From the NCBI GenBank assembly GCA_963924565.1, contig OZ004614.1:8804001-8868000 (forward strand): a DNA stretch of 64,000 nt. The letters are read 5' to 3'. Origin of the DNA: Ascidiella aspersa. Taxonomy: Eukaryota. The translations under genes were made by a program, and so were the position numbers. Numbering within the stretch: position 1 is the first letter of the stretch; every line of letters begins with the position of its first letter. This document shows positions 59,697 through 64,000 of the stretch, in pieces. The notes beneath the pieces were generated by a model that saw nothing but the letters and a program-made list of their open reading frames with translations, searched no databases and was not told the origin of the DNA.

Positions 59697-62600
59697 ACTG
59701 TTCTTCCAACTAACCCAGCTATAAAGACTTCCGAAAGTTTTGTTCCGAATTTAAAATAAGACCTTTTTCATTTCATTGTAAAGTTGTCTTTTGAGATTCG
59801 AAAAAACAACCATTAGTAAAGCATTAGTTTTTATAGTTGCTACGTTTTACCCGATCAGCTTGCGTTGCCGTCTTTAAGTTTTCCAAAAAGTTTTAAACCA
59901 TCGTTTTTGACCCATTATATAGGCTGGAATATTGTAACATTTAAGCCTTACATCGCCCCATACAGGTTATCATGAAAATGGCCTAAAATTCAGCAAACAT
60001 GTTATGATAAATGCAATGTTTTAACCTTTCAAAGATCGAAGAGAAAAACTCGGGTTTTTCAAACCAAGTAAGACGTTAAACTAACACATGGCAACTCTGT
60101 AATTTTATTTTTCATACTATAAATTATTGCGTTCATTGCTATATCAAAGTTTATTTTTATATTTTACGCATAAAATTGAGGAAAAACAGCCAATAATGGC
60201 AAAATTTCCTGTTTAAATCTAAGCAAATTTTCCTAGGCGATGAAGCATCCCATTCTACTAAGGTTGGTCGGAAAAACCTCGACTCGTTTGAACGTTGGTG
60301 TCTGGTAAACTGACAGTTGTTTTTCATGACAACTCTTTTGCATCATACAGTAGTTCGGAGGTAAGTTAAATGTTTACTTCATTATATAAATCGACACAGA
60401 AACGTAGCCACATGGCTTTAGTGCAAGATAATGTTGACGTAATTGATATCGGTTCGACGTTCGTGGAGCAGGCAATTCAGTTCTGCCGCATACACATGTT
60501 TGTCCATGGGCTTACCTTACTTTTTTTGCTTTCAGTTATTTCCGATTATACAAAATGATGCGGAGTCGTCTGTGTACCAAGTTGAAGCAACAGCAAGCGA
60601 AGTGAGGCCCGATGATTGTTGTGTTTCAGGCGACCTACTTACCTCAACTTTCAATGTTGAGTTGGATACCATCAGCGATTCAAAGCCGAGTAAAACACGT
60701 GTTTTATTAGTTTTGGACGGTCGACAATTTTTGTTTTTGAGTTCACCTCAATGAATTCAATAATGTTAACTTTACAAGCCTTTTATACCTCTCTGATGAT
60801 GTGATTCGTGAGCCAAGAGCTAGCGAACCTACAAAATCTCGCCCTATCTCATACTAAAATTTCAATGGCATAAAAAAACATATTTATTCAAAATTTAAGA
60901 AAAAATATTTTACCACCACACTAAGACAGTTCTATATTTTATAAATAAAAACTTAAAAGAATATCAATATTGAATATTATTATTCGCCAAATATTACAAG
61001 ATAAAAACATTTGCCAACCGTTTAACCAACAAATTGGGATAGGCCTTGATCTCACCTTTGTAGCGATGCTACACTTGATGTCACTGATTATGTGGTTAAG
61101 GGTTTAAATCAGTGTTTCACAACCTTTTTGACACTACTGTCCCCTTGGGCTTAATATTATTTCATAACGCCCCCTTCACCTTGCTTTACAGTAAAGTATT
61201 ATATTGATCGTTGTATAACATCATATTGTCTTCACATTCGTTTCGATAAGCCGTCAATCTAATTTTAGGTTGTCTAACATACATTCACTATGGGAATTTA
61301 TGGATTAATTAATTCACCAGGTTATGTCACCAGGAAAAATTCAACTTTCTGCACCAATACTTTAAATCAGGGGTCGGCAACGTTTTCTTGTCACGGGTAA
61401 CAATCAAACTTAGAAAGGTCTCTGTGGGCCGTTTTTATAATATTTATTTTATGTAAAGCTCAGCGCCCCCCCAAATTAGAAACAGACCCAAAACGACCCC
61501 TTGTAACTCGCCAACGCCCACAAGGGGGCGGTACCGCCCACGTTGGGAACCTCTGGTTTAAATTGGCGATATCCGAAATTCATACTTATAACCGATCGCG
61601 ATAATCTTTAAACACCTGTAGTTCGCACAGTTCAAATAGGGACTGGACGAAATTTTAGCACGGCGTTTAAGCCAAGCGTTGGAGTACGGGCATAAATAAT
61701 ATATAGATATTACTTGTTTATTATATTATTTGTAGATAATAAGGGTCCTATTGTATGAAAACCAACGGCATATTACAAACAAACAAAACCAGATTTGCAT
61801 ATTAAAATGAACATTAACTTGTCTGAGGAACACTGTAGGGTGCAAAAGTGTTGCCTGGAAAAACATTTGCTAATTCACCAGGCACCATCGGTCGGGAATT
61901 TTTCCGAACAACCTTTCTGGCATGAGGTGTTAAAATTTAAATATGATATACGATTTAATGCATAAGTTTAACGCGTAAAACAACAAAATAGCATTCTTTA
62001 TAGAAAGTAACGCAGTAATTTATGAAATATATAATTGCACAGTTGATGTGTGGTAACTTAACGTCTTACTTCGTTTGAAGAACCCGAGTTTTTCTCTTCG
62101 ATCTTTTGAAGGTAGAAACAAGGGCTCTGCAAGACAAACGGCCGCGTATGTCAGTTTTTAGGTTTATAAGGGTTCACCAACCGTATTTTTCAATACTTGT
62201 TAACAACGTCACTTGCCAAAAAAGATCGATGCAAAAAATAATTTGATAATCTTAATATGCTACGTCACCGGCTGTGTCGTCAACGAACCTTGCTCACCTC
62301 GGGAGAGGAGTCTCTGGTATAGGGTGGATTGTTGTCTCGACAGATAGAGTTGACGCTAAATCACCATCAGCTTTCTGTTCAATGAAGTTTATAAAAGGTT
62401 TTAAAGAATGTAAAAGATCGAATCATATTAAGGCAGATGTGTTTTTTACAGAACGACAAAAAATTATTCAGTAATGTGCGCCTCCGTAGGGAGAGTTTGT
62501 TAAACCGTGAATAGAGTGGTCGTAAAATAACAAAAGCACATTTAAGGAGGCTACCACTCATAAAATGCTGAGAATCTCTAGCGTAAATTACTGTGGCTAT

Positions 62601-63340
62601 GCATCACGTTTCCTTATAGGCTAAAATATTTTTCATTCAAGCCAAATTTACTAATACGCGCAAGATATATTTATAATGTAGCATGCGGCTTAACTTACGT
62701 CGGTAAACAAAAGTCCGGAAGATTGGGAAACAATTTCGGCGTAAAATGTAAATGCAAAAGCAGCATCAGACGATTTCTGTTGAAAACACAAATAAGGCAA
62801 CCACACTAATTAATTAATTATCATGAGCGCGGAAGGTTTTACCCCAATTTAGCGTGGTTAAACAAAATGTAAGAAGCCTTTAACTGTCGCCCCTTTAGGC
62901 ACTTTTAAATATTATGTTATACAATCCCTGTGTAGGTTTGCTGAAGCACGTGTCACAATCTCTATAACCTATGTTTACAATTGGCCTGAAAAGTAATGCA
63001 TGATTTTTTGGTCGGTTGATAGCTATTTTATCAGTTGCCCGGCCTAATATGAGCAAAAAAACAGTTGTAAATTTAGACTGATTATGCGGTTGTTGTATAT
63101 TTTGCCTGGGGGGTATAGTGCGGTACTACTGTATTTTACAATAGCGCAGTGCTGCTAAATTTTGTCAGAGTGGTATTAGGTAGTTAACTATATTCCTCCA
63201 ACGGGTCTTGTTTGTCGCTTTCCATTGCCTCACAATCTTATTTTCCGTTTCGATGCTTAGCAGGCAAAAACGAACGTTGTCCGAAGTTGCGTGTCATTTT
63301 TGGGCATGGTGTTGTGCCACAAACTAGGTTGCCAGTGGAC
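59697..63340 (+). repeat. Direct segmental duplicate of ~6582-9770, including a further minus-strand copy of the four-exon fragment at ~61890-62776
   Basis: Collinear similarity; ORF pairs 7287/60370, 7489/60443 and 8815/62274 match. Confidence 0.92.
61110..61555 (+). mobile_element. hAT MITE inserted in the duplicated block
   Basis: CAGTGTTTCACAAC...GTTGGGAACCTCTG; perfect TSD GTTTAAAT; empty site at 8050-8057. Confidence 0.88.
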
Positions 63341-63417
63341 AAGTTCATTCAAAATATATATAAATAAATATATTTATTTTTAATTTTTTTAGGCACTTAA
63401 AAACAAAAAAACTAGAC

Positions 63418-63560
63418 AGGGTGTGCGGTTTTTGTATATTTTTCCATGGGGTTTAGCGCGGTTCTACTATATTATATCAGGGGGTATGGTGCGGTTCTAC
63501 TATATTATACCAGGGGGGTATAGCGCAGTTCCACTATACTTTACCAGGGTGTTATTCTAT
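63418..63560 (+). repeat. Short ~30-bp tandem repeat (GGGGTATAGYGCGGTTCTACTATATT-like), 4-5 copies
   Basis: Visible tandem units; single related units at ~9533 and ~63110. Confidence 0.7.
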
Positions 63561-64000
63561 ATTCTTTCAACGGGTCTTATTTGTCAGTGCCCATATACTC
63601 CCAATGTTGTGCTTCCAGTTTCGGTGCTTTAGCAGGCAAAAGTGGATGAGCCCGAAGTTGCGTGTTATAGGTTGGACATGGTGCACTTTTACAAGATTGA
63701 TTGCCCGTGGTCTTAATTAAATTTTGCTGCGAAGCAAACCTATAACTTGTCTTTATAATTAAAAAATATTTGACAATTTTTTCCTGCACATCTATACGCC
63801 TCTAATTGGGGACAAAAGCCAATAGTGTGATGTATTCGATTTATTTATTTACAGCTATCTACTCCAATCTAGCAGCAGAAAACCTTCAATACAGAATTCG
63901 TTCATATCGTTTGCTTTATTCTGGCCTCGAAGCGGCCTGCTGTGCTTTTTTTGTCCAGCGCGTGCAACATTTATTGTGTAAAGTGTCTTGTCTTTTTGAA

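Overview
AT-rich, intron-rich eukaryotic (invertebrate animal) DNA; ascidian-like is only my impression and was not tested. The main feature is a ~33 kb minus-strand gene (54507 to ~21774, about 42 exons) that the six-frame ORF track largely misses. Spliced by hand, it encodes a signal-peptide-like leader, six tandem copies of a 213-235 aa domain I cannot assign to a named family (each copy built from the same six exons with the same intron phases), three interspersed thrombospondin type-1 (TSP1) exons, and a probable C-terminal transmembrane exon. This copy has at least three frame lesions. The window also has an apparently intact two-gene PIF/Harbinger transposon (14653-18768) in a palindromic target site, an internally deleted Gypsy LTR element (45835-48697), an older Gypsy remnant, and many hAT-type non-autonomous elements. 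A decayed multi-exon gene fragment lies as a long inverted repeat (5.6-9.3 kb). A mosaic duplication at 56.8-63.3 kb fuses an inverted copy of repeat 5 of the large gene to a direct copy of the 6.6-9.8 kb block. All exon coordinates come from manual reading of splice sites and frame checks.
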